Shown one piece after another: positions 8,208-20,700 of a DNA stretch of 64,000 nucleotides. How positions within the stretch are numbered: position 1 is the stretch's first letter; the number at the start of each line of letters is the position of its first letter. Position numbers and translations under genes: made by a program. The DNA comes from a virus: the IMG/VR virus record IMGVR_UViG_3300025767_001103, positions 1 to 64,000 of that record, one strand, 5' to 3'. The notes below the pieces were generated by a model. The model searched no databases, had not been told where the DNA came from, and worked only from the letters and a program-made list of their open reading frames with translations.

Positions 8208-10691
8208 ATGGCTTCAGGAAATTACACAAGAACCCCATCAAGTAGTAACATTGTTAAGGACTCTGGACCTTTTGAAGCTATAGTAGTAAATCACCTTGAC
8301 AGAAAATATATGGGCGGTTTAGAAGTTGAAATACTTCGATATGCAGCTGGCGGCAGCACGCCAGAAAGAACCGGACAACTTGCAAACGTAAAATATCTGA
8401 TGCCATTTTATGGCGTTACTCCTAACAAGGGATTAACCGATAACGACGGTTATGAATACACTCAAAAGTCTTATGGCATGTGGATGGTACCTCCGGACAT
8501 TGGCACAAAGGTATTGTGCGTTTTTGCTGAAGGCGACCTCAATATGGGATATTGGATAGGATGTATTCCAGAAGATTATATGAACTTTATGATTCCAGAT
8601 GGTCGTGCAAGTACTGAACGTACTACAGATAATACACCACCGAATCTAAAAGGTGCAAAACTTCCGGCCGGCGAATATAACAAAAAAGTTGAAAAGGGTG
8701 AGCTAGTTGATCCCACCCTTTTCAACAAACCTTATAACAAAGACTTTACAAATGTTTTAGAATCACAAGGTTTAATATTTGATGAAGTCCGTGGAACAAC
8801 AACATCGAGCGCACGTCGTGAACTCCCTAGTGCTGTGTTTGGAATTAGCACTCCGGGTACTAGAGACAGACGTCCGGGTTCACCAAAATTTGAAGTTGGT
8901 GCCGCGCCCGAAAAACTAAACATTCCTTATAATAGATTAGGTGGATCTAGTTTTGTTATGGATGACGGCGATGCAGCATTTATTAGAAAAACACATGCTG
9001 AAGACGGTCCTCCTGTTTATGTTAACAAAGAAATTGGCGATGAAGGCGGTGACGAAACTATTCCTCAGAATGAGTTATTACGTTTTAGAACAAGAACCGG
9101 GCATCAAATATTACTACATAATTCAGAAGATTTAATTTATATTGGTAACAGTAGAGGAACAGCTTGGATTGAAATTACCAGTGACGGTAAAATTGACATT
9201 CATGCAGATGATAGTATTAGTATTATGACGGATAATGATTTAAACATTACTGCTGAACGAGATATTAATTTTGAAGCTGGCCGAAACATTAATATGAAAG
9301 CAACTGCACGTTATAGTAAAGGCGGCGAAACTGATTCTAGAGGTTTAGAAAGCGGTAGAATACAGTTTGAGGCACAGCATAATTATAATTTACAAGTTGG
9401 AAAAGATTCAAAAATTACAGTTGGTAGAGATCAGCATGTAGGTGTTGGTAGAGATCATTATAATTCTAATGGAAGATTTTTTCATCTTAATAGTGGACAA
9501 GATAATAGATTAAGTACCCAAGGATCTACACATATTTCTAGTTCTAGAGAACACAGAGAGACTGCAACATATATTCACATGAATGGACCAACTGCTGCAC
9601 CTGCTGCAAAAGCACAACCAGTTGATCCTTTGTCAACAGTTACGTTACCATATACATTTCCTGGCAGTTTTACACCAGTTGCTTATCAAAGTATTCTTAC
9701 AAGATCTCCGCAACACGAACCATGGCCACATCATGAAAATATGGATCCATTGTCGTATAAAAAGTCTGAAACAGATAGAGAAGCGCCCGGCGGACTACCG
9801 ACAGCAGACAGGGTTATTACTCCTGATACGTTTGCTAAAAACAAAGGTAATCGAAATTGTAGTGCATATGTTGCAGGAAGCGGCGGCAACCTAAGTTCAG
9901 GTAATGTTGATAGTAGAGCCGGCGGCACTGGCAGCGGGACAGGAACAGCGCCACGGAGCAATTATAGTTCATCTGTAACACTACCAGACGATGGAACTTA
10001 TCGTTTAGGAACACTTAGCGCACAGTATGAATCGGGCAGAGATGGTCCTATTGCTATTGGTTGGGATAGCACAGGCGGTTGGAGTTATGGACAATATCAG
10101 CTTGCTGCAAAGACAGGTGCTATGGGAGAATATTTGTCATGGGCTCAAACAAATGCTCCGCAAGTCTATCAAGCATTATCAAATGCTGGAGGCGACAGCG
10201 CCGCAAGACAAGGTACAGACACATTTAAAAATACTTGGAAAACATTAATGGCAGATGCACATGCTGCTGAATCGCAGCACGAATACATTGCTAACAAATA
10301 CTATGGAGGCGGCCTACGATCAATTAGAAGTAGAACCGGTGTTGATTTATCTTCTAGAACTCCAATTGTAGCTGATGTAATTTGGAGTACAAGTGTCCAA
10401 CACGGCGCAGGCGGATGTGCAAGAATATTTGAACGTGCATTCCAATCATTAGGAACAACTAATCCTAGCGATCAAGCAATTATTGAAGCAGTATACAGTG
10501 AACGAGGAGCAGAAAACGGACAACGATATTTTGGTAGAAGTACTCCTAATGTTAGAGCAAGTTGTGTTAGGCGATTCCAAAACGAAAAGGCTGATGCATT
10601 ACGATATCTAGCACAGTATCAAGAATCCGCTCCGCGTCCTACACTTACAGCTGGCGACACTGTAGATAGTAATACTCCTACAGTAGGTTAA
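8208..10691 (+). CDS. gp5: Baseplate central spike (gp5/VgrG-like) with C-terminal VgrG3-type lysozyme-like domain
   Basis: OB-fold motif YGMWMVPPDIGTKVLCVF...YWIGC; RTRTGHQI segment and octapeptide beta-helix repeats (VGKDSKIT/VGRDQHVG/VGRDHYNS); C-terminal LSAQYESG...SYGQYQL...WSTSVQHG...RF domain; followed by gp25 and gp6. Confidence 0.85.
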   Translation: MASGNYTRTPSSSNIVKDSGPFEAIVVNHLDRKYMGGLEVEILRYAAGGSTPERTGQLANVKYLMPFYGVTPNKGLTDNDGYEYTQKSYGMWMVPPDIGTKVLCVFAEGDLNMGYWIGCIPEDYMNFMIPDGRASTERTTDNTPPNLKGAKLPAGEYNKKVEKGELVDPTLFNKPYNKDFTNVLESQGLIFDEVRGTTTSSARRELPSAVFGISTPGTRDRRPGSPKFEVGAAPEKLNIPYNRLGGSSFVMDDGDAAFIRKTHAEDGPPVYVNKEIGDEGGDETIPQNELLRFRTRTGHQILLHNSEDLIYIGNSRGTAWIEITSDGKIDIHADDSISIMTDNDLNITAERDINFEAGRNINMKATARYSKGGETDSRGLESGRIQFEAQHNYNLQVGKDSKITVGRDQHVGVGRDHYNSNGRFFHLNSGQDNRLSTQGSTHISSSREHRETATYIHMNGPTAAPAAKAQPVDPLSTVTLPYTFPGSFTPVAYQSILTRSPQHEPWPHHENMDPLSYKKSETDREAPGGLPTADRVITPDTFAKNKGNRNCSAYVAGSGGNLSSGNVDSRAGGTGSGTGTAPRSNYSSSVTLPDDGTYRLGTLSAQYESGRDGPIAIGWDSTGGWSYGQYQLAAKTGAMGEYLSWAQTNAPQVYQALSNAGGDSAARQGTDTFKNTWKTLMADAHAAESQHEYIANKYYGGGLRSIRSRTGVDLSSRTPIVADVIWSTSVQHGAGGCARIFERAFQSLGTTNPSDQAIIEAVYSERGAENGQRYFGRSTPNVRASCVRRFQNEKADALRYLAQYQESAPRPTLTAGDTVDSNTPTVG

Positions 10692-10700
10692 ATACAGTAT
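10689..10700 (+). promoter_or_regulatory. Putative late promoter TAAATACAGTAT overlapping the gp5 stop codon
   Basis: TAAATA at 10689-10694, ATG of gp25 4 nt later with no SD; identical 12-mer at 30256-30267. Confidence 0.6.
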
Positions 10701-11136
10701 GAGCGAATTAGAAAAAAATTTATATAAACGAGTTACTGTACCAGCAGTGCCTAAAACTGAATCTGCATCTAGAGCATACCGTGGATTTTCCACAGTATAT
10801 TCAAATACAAACGATTGGACAGTATACGATTTTGAACTTGTAAAGCAAGATCTTATAAATCATTTTCATATACGCCAGGGAGAAAAATTATCAGATCCAG
10901 AATTTGGATGTATAATTTGGGACTTACTATATGAGCCATTTACACAAGAAGTGCAAACTGCTATTATTGAAAATGTAACTCAAATTGTTAATTATGATCC
11001 CCGACTACAAGTAACAGAAGTAGTAGTTGATACCTACGATCAAGGTATACAAGTTGAAGCAAGTGTAGTGTTTTTAAACTATAATATTGCTGATACAATG
11101 CGTTTTAAGTTTGATCAAAACAATGGCTTAAATTAA
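10699..11136 (+). CDS. gp25: Baseplate wedge / sheath initiator gp25
   Basis: LVKQDLINHFHIRQGEKLSDPEFGCIIWDLLYEP...YDPRL matches the GPW/gp25 pattern. Confidence 0.9.
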   Translation: MSELEKNLYKRVTVPAVPKTESASRAYRGFSTVYSNTNDWTVYDFELVKQDLINHFHIRQGEKLSDPEFGCIIWDLLYEPFTQEVQTAIIENVTQIVNYDPRLQVTEVVVDTYDQGIQVEASVVFLNYNIADTMRFKFDQNNGLN

Positions 11137-11163
11137 ATACTCGGTTTATAAATCAGATAAATA
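11134..11163 (+). promoter_or_regulatory. Two TAAATA boxes (putative late promoters) upstream of gp6
   Basis: TAAATA at 11134-11139 (overlapping the gp25 stop) and at 11158-11163; AGGA SD before ATG 11186. Confidence 0.55.
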
Positions 11164-11185
11164 TCTAAGTATAGAAGGAAGTGCC

Positions 11186-14100
11186 ATGTCATCAACAGAT
11201 AGACAGTCTAGATTACTAGTAGCTGAAGATTGGAAACGCATTTATCAGACCTTTAGAAATGTAGATTTCCAAAGTTATGATTTTGATAATTTACGCAGAA
11301 CAATGATTAATTATCTGCGTCAAAATTATCCTGAAGATTTTAACGATTATATTGAATCTAGTGAATTTTTAGCATTAATAGATATGATTTCATATCTAGG
11401 ACAAAATTTAAGTTTCCGTATTGATTTAAACGCAAGAGAAAATTTTCTTGAAACAGCAGAACGTCGAGAATCAATTCTCCGTCTTGCTCGCATGCTTGCT
11501 TACAATCCAAGACGTAATCAGCCTGCCAACGGCTTATTAAAAATATCAACAGTTAAAACTACAGAAACAATATTTGATTCAAACGGTATTAACTTAGCAA
11601 ATACTGTTATTAAATGGAATGACCAGTCAAACACAAATTATTTTGAACAGTTTATTAAACTTCTAAATGCAGCACTCCCTGTACAAAATACAATTGGTAA
11701 CCCTTTAAAAACAGCAACTATTAGCGATGTAGTTACACAGCAATATAGATTTAATTCAATTAATACCAAACAAGCGTTATATCCTTTTACAAAACGTATT
11801 GAAGGGTCAACTACTAGATTTGAAGTTGTTAGTTCCGATATACAAAATCAAACAATTGTTGAAGAACCGCCACTGCCTGGTAATAGTCCTGCATTCTTGT
11901 TTAGAGACGATGGACAAGGTGCAGCAAGTACAAATACTGGTTTCTTTATGCATTTCCGTCAAGGCAAACTTGAAGAAGGTGCATTCAACATATCAAATCC
12001 TACACCTAATCAAGCAGTATCTATTGACAGTACTAACATCAATGACAGTGATGTTTGGCTTTATAGTGTAGATGATGCAGGCGTAGAATTGTCAAACTGG
12101 ACTAAAATTGATTCTGTAGAAGGTAATAACATTATCTATAATAATCTGTTTCAGGGAATAAAAGATGTATTTGCTGTCAGTACTAGAGTAGGCGATAGAA
12201 TTAGTCTTATTTTTAGTGACGGTGTATTTGGTAATCTTCCTAGCGGAAATTTTAAAACTTATTATAGAACTAGTGCAAACAAATCAATGGTTGTTAGTCC
12301 TAGTGCAATTGGCAAAGTTGATATTGAAATAAGATATCAAGGTAGAAATGGCAATAGAGAAACGTTAACACTGGGATTAGAGTTAAAATACACAGTTGCG
12401 AATTCAAATACAAGTGAATCTAACGACGAAATTAGAACAAATGCTCCTGCTACATATTATACTCAAAATAGATTAATTACTGGTGAAGACTATAATATCG
12501 GACCGCTTGCTATTAGCCAAGATATTATCAAAACTAAAAGCACTAATAGAATTAGTGCAGGAATAAGCAGATATTTTGATCTGAAAGACACTAGCGGAAA
12601 ATATAGTAACACAGACTTATTTTCTACAGATGGCATTATATATAAAGAAGAGTTTATCGAAAAAACTAAATTTAGTTTTAATACTCAAAGTGATATTGAA
12701 GGCATAATCAATAACACTGTTGAAAATATACTGTCGACTACATATATGAGAAATTTTTATCTAGATAAATTTCCTAGAAATATTGTAAGTGATCTAAATA
12801 TTAGCTGGAAAGCAGCAACTACAGCAACAAATAACTTTACAGGCACATTGACAGATATTGATGATGTGGTAGTTGCAGTGGGTTCTTTTACTGCAAATAG
12901 TTTAAAGTTTGTTGAAGCAGGATCGCTAGTTAAATTTGTAGCACCAACTGGGTCATATTTTGATGCCAATAATAACATTGTAGTCGGAACTCCTGTAAAA
13001 AAGAATACTAAAAGTTATATCTGGACAAAAATAATAAGTGTTCAAGATGACGGAAAATTAATTGACGAAAACGGCTTTGGAGCAATTACTATTAATGATA
13101 ATGTTCCAACAGGCGCTCTACTACAAGAAATTGTTCCAAAGTTTAGTAGAGCACTAACTGATGATATTAAAGCACAATTAATTGATCAAACATTTAACTA
13201 TAATGATTATGCATTAAGATATGATGCTACTGCTAGACAGTGGAAATTAGTTCTTGCAGAAAATATTAACATATCAAATGCATTTGCTGTTGGTAAAACA
13301 GGAGATGTTAGTGGACAGAATCTCGATGCAAGTTGGTTATTAAATTTTAAAACTGATGGACAAACATATGAAATAACATATAGAAATTTGCGGTTTGTAT
13401 TTGAAAGTGATACTCAAATCAAATTTTTCTTTGATAGTGCAGACAAGGTTTACGATACTAATACAGGTAAGACTTATAGAGATAAAATTGATATCTTAAA
13501 TATTAATAACAAGCAAGGGTCGACTGATTCGTTTACTAGAGATTTTACTTGGTCCATCCAAGATGCATACAGAGATGCTGAAGGCTACGTTGATACTAAA
13601 AAAATTATAGTTACATATTTAGATTCAGACGATGACGGCGTAGTTGATGATCCTGAGCTGTTTAGTATATTAGTTGATTATAGTAATGAAGAAATTGACA
13701 GTGAAGATAAAATAATTTTTCAAAAGAGATATTATACAACAGACGGCGTAGAAAGCTATAAGTATTTTCCAAACGAATCTAATACTGTATTAATTGTAGC
13801 TAATGAATCAGCAATTGCTCCATATAGTGCAAGAACAGAAGGACAAGTATTTTATCTACTTGAAGAAAAGGTGTTTAAAATTTTAAACAAGTCTCTTAAT
13901 AATACGTCTTTAAATATTGATTATAAAGCATATGAAGGCAGAGCAAATTTAAAGTTTCACTATTCTCATGTTGCTGATAGCAATTATAGAATAGATCCGG
14001 CAGTAAGTAATATTATTGATACGTTTGTTTTAACAAAGTCTTATGATGTGCAACTTAGAAGATGGCTTAAAGAAGAAAACACAATTAAACCACTTCCGCC

Positions 14101-14701
14101 AAGTAATGACGAACTATATAGATCATTTGGATCTAAACTTAATGCAATTAAGTCTATAAGTGATGAAATAATATATCATCCTACACAGTATAAAATATTA
14201 TTTGGTAGCAAAGCAAATTCTGATTTGCAAGTAACTTTTAAAATTGTAAAAAATAGCGAATTAGTTACAAACAATAATGAACTCAAAGCTGATATTATTA
14301 GTGCTATTGATAAATTCTTTGCACTTGAAAATTGGGACTTTGGCGAAACGTTTTACTTCCAAGAATTAAGTACATATGTGTTATCTCAATTAAGACCAAA
14401 ATTAGTTAGCTTTTTGATGGTACCTAAACAAGAAACACAGTCATTCGGTAGTTTGTTTCAAATCAAATCAGAACCAAACGAAATATTAATCAGTGGTGCA
14501 ACAGTTAATGATATTCAAATCATTGACGAAATTACCGCAGCATCTCTTCAGGCATCAGGAAATGTTATCCAATCGTCTGATAATACAAATTATACGGAAA
14601 TAAAAAGCAGTGCAAGTACTGGAACTACATATTCAACTACAAATACATCAACAGGTGCCAGTAGTTCAACAAATTCAACAGGTGGAGGCTATAGCTACTA
14701 A
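11186..14701 (+). CDS. gp6: Baseplate wedge subunit gp6 (baseplate J-like), enlarged
   Basis: DFDNLRRTMINYL...FNDYIESSEFLALIDMISY...ENFLETAERRESILRLARMLAYNP, FSDGVFGNLP, and ESNDEIRTNAPATYYTQNRLITGEDY are gp6 hallmark blocks. Confidence 0.9.
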   Translation: MSSTDRQSRLLVAEDWKRIYQTFRNVDFQSYDFDNLRRTMINYLRQNYPEDFNDYIESSEFLALIDMISYLGQNLSFRIDLNARENFLETAERRESILRLARMLAYNPRRNQPANGLLKISTVKTTETIFDSNGINLANTVIKWNDQSNTNYFEQFIKLLNAALPVQNTIGNPLKTATISDVVTQQYRFNSINTKQALYPFTKRIEGSTTRFEVVSSDIQNQTIVEEPPLPGNSPAFLFRDDGQGAASTNTGFFMHFRQGKLEEGAFNISNPTPNQAVSIDSTNINDSDVWLYSVDDAGVELSNWTKIDSVEGNNIIYNNLFQGIKDVFAVSTRVGDRISLIFSDGVFGNLPSGNFKTYYRTSANKSMVVSPSAIGKVDIEIRYQGRNGNRETLTLGLELKYTVANSNTSESNDEIRTNAPATYYTQNRLITGEDYNIGPLAISQDIIKTKSTNRISAGISRYFDLKDTSGKYSNTDLFSTDGIIYKEEFIEKTKFSFNTQSDIEGIINNTVENILSTTYMRNFYLDKFPRNIVSDLNISWKAATTATNNFTGTLTDIDDVVVAVGSFTANSLKFVEAGSLVKFVAPTGSYFDANNNIVVGTPVKKNTKSYIWTKIISVQDDGKLIDENGFGAITINDNVPTGALLQEIVPKFSRALTDDIKAQLIDQTFNYNDYALRYDATARQWKLVLAENINISNAFAVGKTGDVSGQNLDASWLLNFKTDGQTYEITYRNLRFVFESDTQIKFFFDSADKVYDTNTGKTYRDKIDILNINNKQGSTDSFTRDFTWSIQDAYRDAEGYVDTKKIIVTYLDSDDDGVVDDPELFSILVDYSNEEIDSEDKIIFQKRYYTTDGVESYKYFPNESNTVLIVANESAIAPYSARTEGQVFYLLEEKVFKILNKSLNNTSLNIDYKAYEGRANLKFHYSHVADSNYRIDPAVSNIIDTFVLTKSYDVQLRRWLKEENTIKPLPPSNDELYRSFGSKLNAIKSISDEIIYHPTQYKILFGSKANSDLQVTFKIVKNSELVTNNNELKADIISAIDKFFALENWDFGETFYFQELSTYVLSQLRPKLVSFLMVPKQETQSFGSLFQIKSEPNEILISGATVNDIQIIDEITAASLQASGNVIQSSDNTNYTEIKSSASTGTTYSTTNTSTGASSSTNSTGGGYSY

Positions 14702-17700
14702 TGGCTAATAATGATCAAAACGAAACCAATCAAGGTAACAGTAAAGTTACTAGTAGTGATTTTCTTCCTAAGTTTTTTAGAACCACAGCAAACCAAAAGT
14801 TTTTACAAGCAACGCTAGACCAGTTAATACAACCGGGCGAAGCAGAAAAAATTGAAGGTTATTTTGGTAGAAAGACTGCTAAAGCATATACAACTAATGA
14901 TAATTACATTTCTGACGTATCTGATGATAGAGAAAATTATCAACTAGAGCCTGCTCTAATTTCTAAAGACGAGTTTAATAATGTTACTTTTTATAAAGAC
15001 TACAATGATTATATTAACCAATTAAAAGTATTTGGCGCTGACACTAGAGATCATAGTATATTAAATAGTCAAGAATTTTATAGTTGGAACCCAAATATTG
15101 ATTGGGATAAGTTTGTAAACTTTCGTGAATATTACTGGTTGCCAAACGGTCCTCAAACAGTAAATGTTAGAGGACAAGCAAGGTCAGTAACTAGCACGTA
15201 TACAGTAACACTAGAAGATCAAGGTGACAATAAAGCATATGTGTTTAACGATGGATTAACAAGAAATCCTACACTTAAACTTTATAGAGGACAAACATAT
15301 AGATTTGAAGTAGATGTTCCAGGACATCCGGTTGCATTTGCTATTAGTAGAACATTTACACCAGGTACAGCGATTCTTGTTGCAGGTTCTGAAGGCATTA
15401 GGTCTAATGGAATATATGACGGAACATTGTATGATGAAGTTGATGCTAATTATGATTTAGGAGATTTTGTTGTTCTTCCTAGCGGTGGCAGTGTGTCTTT
15501 TGATGAAGACGAAAATGTAAGCACAATTTATTCAGACGGCATTCGCAAGTTAGGCGAAGAAGGCGAAGAAGTTGCTACGGTATATCTTGAAAAAGGCGTT
15601 ATAGAATTTACAATTCCAGACAACGCACCTGATAGATTATACTACATCAGTAAAAATAATATTGATACTAGTGGATATGTTAGAATAGCTGATATTGAAG
15701 AAAATACATTCTTAGATATTGCCGCAGAAATTATTGGTAAAAAGAATTATACAAGTGCAAATGGTGTTGAACTATCTAATGGAATGAAAATTAGATTCCA
15801 AGGCGATGTTACACCTGCAATATATAACACTAATGATTGGTATGTAGAAGGCGTCGGAGATAAAATTAAATTAATCAAAGATGTTGACTTAATTATTCCA
15901 GCAGTATATTCAGATAAAGTATTAGTTCCGTTTGGAACAGATGCATTTGATACACTTCCTTTTAGTGATGCTACAAGTTATGCAGCGAATAAAGATTATC
16001 TTGTTATTAACCGTTCAAGTCCTGACAAAAATGCATGGAGTCGTTATAATAAATGGTTCCATAGAACTGTAATTCGAGCAAGTGCTACATATAATAACAC
16101 TGAATTATCTCTTGATGAAGCATCGCGAGCAAAGCGTCCAATTATTGAATTTGAAGCTGGTTTAAAACTAAACAAATACGGAAGTTTTGCAAAGCAAGAT
16201 GTTGACTTAATTGATACTGTTACTGTTGATGCATTTTCAAATATACAAGGACAAATTGGATACAGAGTAGATGGTACCAACTTAGCAGAAAATATGAGAG
16301 TGCTGTTTACAGCAGATACTGACATATTAGTTAATGGTAAAATTTATCTTGTTAAGTTCATTACCATTGGTAATAAAAGACAAATTAATTTGGTCGAAGC
16401 TGAAGATACTAATCCAAATGTTTTAGAAACTGTGTTAGTTACTCAAGGTGTTAAAAATGCTGGTAAAAGTTACTATTATGACGGTACGTCTTGGAAATTA
16501 GGACAAGAAAAAACAAAATTAAACCAGCCACCATTATTTGAAGTATTTGATATTGATAAAAATAGTTTTAGTGATTCTACAGCATATAGTGCAACAACAT
16601 TTGCTGGCACAAAATTGTTTAGTTATAGAGAAGGTGCTGGAACAATTGATGCTGAATTAGGATTTCCATTATCATATAGGAATATCAATAACAGTGGCGA
16701 CATTGTGTTTGATTTTAATTTATTAACTGATAAATTTTCTTATGAACTAGGAACAGATTATTATAATAAATCAATCAATCCAGGCTTTATTAAAAAATAT
16801 AAAAATTTAACCGAGTTTGAGTGGACCAATGGTCTAACAAACAAGCCTAAAAAGAGTATACAAAAAGTACTACGTCAGTATGATGTAACAGAAGACGAGT
16901 TACAAACTTTTGAAATAGACGTGTATAGCGAAGCCGGCACGCTCACTGATATAGTTGTTAATGTATTTGTTAATAATAAGCTAACAAAAGATTATGTGTT
17001 AGACAGAACTAATAAAAAATTATTAGTAGTATTTAATAATGAACTAAAAGAAAATGACATTGTTCTTATCAAAACAAAAACATCTCAAGCAAAGAAAAAT
17101 GTTAATGGGTATTATGAATTTCCGATTAACTTTGAACGTAATCCAAAAAACGAAGACTTTAGTGAATTTACACTAGGTGAAGTTATTGATCATGTCGACA
17201 CAATGATTGAGGATTTACAAGATTTTTCGGGCGAATATCCTGGAAAAAGCAATCTTAGAGATTTAGGAGATGTTGATAATTACGGAAAGCGTTTTGTTAA
17301 GCATAGCGGATCTATCAACTTATCTGCTTATCATATTACTAACAAAAAATATAATCTAGTTAAGTCATTAGATTATAGCAGAAGAGAATATGCTAGATTT
17401 AAAAGAAACTTTTTAGACGCAGCAGTAAACTTAGGAGTAGAAACTGAAACTAAGCAGCATGTTGATTTAATATTACAAGATTTAAATAAAGACAAATTAA
17501 AAACCGAACCGTTTTATTTTAGTGATGCACTTGGATACCAATCTGCTAACATTATAGAATATGAAATCTTAGATGTTCGTACAAAAAGTTATGCATTATC
17601 TCAAGAATTTAATCTTTCAGAATTGTCAACTAGAAGTGTAAATGTCTATATAAATGGAACACAACTAATCCATGGTGTCGATTACAATTTTAATAATGTT

Positions 17701-20700
17701 GGATTTGTAGATATTTTTGCTGACTTTATTAAAGAAGGTGACAACCTAACAGTTTATGAATATTCAACTACAGATGGTACATTTATACCACCAACACCTA
17801 GTAAGTTAGGATTGTATCCTGCTTATGCACCTGAAATAACGTATGACGATACTTTTAGGCCAGCGCCTGAAAATGTTCCAGTTGACGGAACTGCTTATAA
17901 AATTTATGCACAATCAGAAGAAGGATTTAATGCAGAAGGTAAAATAGGCTGGTTCTATCCTTTATATACAACTATAGCCGCTGCAAAAGCAGCAGATATT
18001 GATGCTGGAGGAACCGGCGCTGCACATCAACATATGTTTAAAGGATCTAATATAATTCTTTACATGCCAACTGTTGGTGCAAACCATGCAACTATTGACA
18101 CTACAATTTACGATGAATATCCAATTGGGCAAGCAATGGTAAGAGGACATGACGGAAGTTATGTTAGATGTTATCAAGATTTTAGAGATAATCTATTAGT
18201 TGAATTAGAAAAACGTTTATTTAATAATATTAAAGTTACTTACAATTCAGATATTTTTAACGTTCATAAATTTATAGGCGGCGAGTATAGAAATAGTGAT
18301 TATACTAGAGAAGAAGTCAATAGTAGTTTATTAAGGACATTTGCAGATTGGCTGTCAATCATTGATAATGATTACACAGATAATTATTTTTATCTTAGAC
18401 AAGACGAGTTTACGTTTAATTACAACTCGATGAAATCTACAAATGGCAATACTCTTCCTGGATTTTGGAGAGGCATATATCAAAATGCATTTGATACTGA
18501 CAGACCTCATACACATCCTTGGGAAATGCTAGGATTTACTGTAAAACCGAGTTGGTGGAATGAAGTATATGGTCCTGCTCCTTATACTGGAGATAACTTA
18601 CTGTTATGGGAAGATTTAGAACAAGGCAAAATTGCCGAACCTGGAAACATAAGATATAATAATAATTATGTTCGTCCTGGATTAACTAATCATATACCTG
18701 TAGACAGTTTAGGCTTTTTAAAAAGTCCACTAAGATCAAATTTTCTTGATAACTTTGAATTAAGATCAACAAGTAACAATTTTAGTTTTGGTGACTGGGC
18801 TCCTGTTGAAAATGCATGGCGCCGCAGTGCAGAATATCCATTTGCTGTATTAACTTCGATGGTACTTAATAAACCTGCCGAAACAATTGGCATTGGCTTT
18901 GATATTAGTAGAATACAAAAGAATTTTGCAAATCAATATATCTATAATCCTACTAGTAAAGTACTTCAAATAGAAGAATTGCTTTTACCTAATACAGTTC
19001 AGTCTTCACAGCGTGTAATGACAGCAGGCTTAGTAAACTATGTTTCTAATTTAATTTCGAGTAATGTATTAAAGGTATATGAAGATTACAAAACAGAACT
19101 AAAATCGTTATCTAATCAATTAGGATTGAAGATTGCTGGTTTTACAGATAAAGATAAAGTAAATGTGATACTAGACAGTAGAAGCATTGTTGAAGATCAA
19201 AGTCAAGACGGCGTTTTTGTTCCAGCAGAAAATTATGATGTGTTTTTAAACACAAGTTCTCCAACTGATTTAATTACTTACAGTGGCATTGTTGTAGAAA
19301 AATTAGCTAACGGGTTTGTTGTAAGGGGCTACAGTAAAAATAATCCATATTTTGATTATTATGAACCTAGTGCATCTGCTAAGTCGCCTGTAATAACTGT
19401 AGGCGGCGTTAGTGAAGTAACTACAGAGTGGCAGTCTAATACTCCATACCTTAAAGGACAAGTAATTGATAATGCAGGAAAGTATTTTAGAGTTAATACT
19501 TCATTTACTACCGGAACTACCTTTACTAGAGAAAATCTATCTCAGCTATCATCATTGCCAGTAGTTGGCGGCAAAAGCGCTGAGTTTAAAAAGAATTTTA
19601 ACAAACAACAAATTCTTAGAGTACCGTATGGCCACAGATTTTCAACAAGTCAAGAAGTTGTTTCTTTCATGCTTGGATACAACGAAAGATTAAAAGACTT
19701 AGGATTTAATTTTAATAATACACAAGACGGATCACAAATTGATGATTGGAATGATGCTGCTAAAGAATTTTTATTCTGGACAACACAGGGCTGGGCAAGC
19801 GGCACTGTACTATCTTTAAGTCCTAGTGCCAACAGATTGCAGTTTGATAAACCGTATCATGTTGTCGACGACTTATCTGACCCGTTTTATGGATATTCGA
19901 TACTTGATGAAAATGCAAACCCTTTAGATCTTAAGTTTAACAGTATGTTAAGAGATCAAAACAGTTTTGGTATCGAAGTTGTTAATACAGATCACGGTCT
20001 TTATCATGTAGCATTGCCAGTAGTCCAAAAAGAACATGTTTTATTGTTTGATAACAAGACAGTATTTAATGATATCATTTATCAACCATCAACTGGTTAT
20101 AGACAAGAAAGATTAAAAATTAATGCATATAGAACAGACAATTGGCAAGGCGGATTTAATGTTCCTGGGTTTATTTTTGATGATGCAAAATATACTGCTT
20201 GGAAAGAATATCAAGATTATCAAATTGGAGACATGGTAAAACATAGACAATATTATTATGTTGCTACTCAAAATATTGTTGGTAGTTCTAATTTTAATAG
20301 CAATGTTTGGTTTAGACTAAGTGAAGAACCTGAAAAGAAATTATTAACAAACTTTGATTATAGAATTAATCAATTTATGGACTTCTATGATTTAGATAGC
20401 GCAGGTTTCGATAAGTCACAGCAAGAATTAGCACAGCATTTGATCGGATATCAAAAGAGACAATATCTTGCTAATATTATAAATGATGATGTCAGCCAAT
20501 TTAAATTTTACAATGGATTTATTCAAGATAAAGGCACTATGAACGCAGTTACTAAACTGTTTGATTCATTATCAGATAACGAAGAAGATAAGATACAACT
20601 ATATGAAGAATGGGCAGTACAACTTGGTAGATACGGATCTACAGAAAACGAAAAACAACTTGAATACAAATTAACAGACAAGAAGTTAGAAGAAGCACCA

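Noticed and set aside
9420-9457. Direct repeat GTTGGTAGAGATCA, two copies at 24-nt spacing
   Set aside because: It encodes the gp5 beta-helix octapeptide repeat; only two copies, so not a CRISPR array or regulatory repeat.
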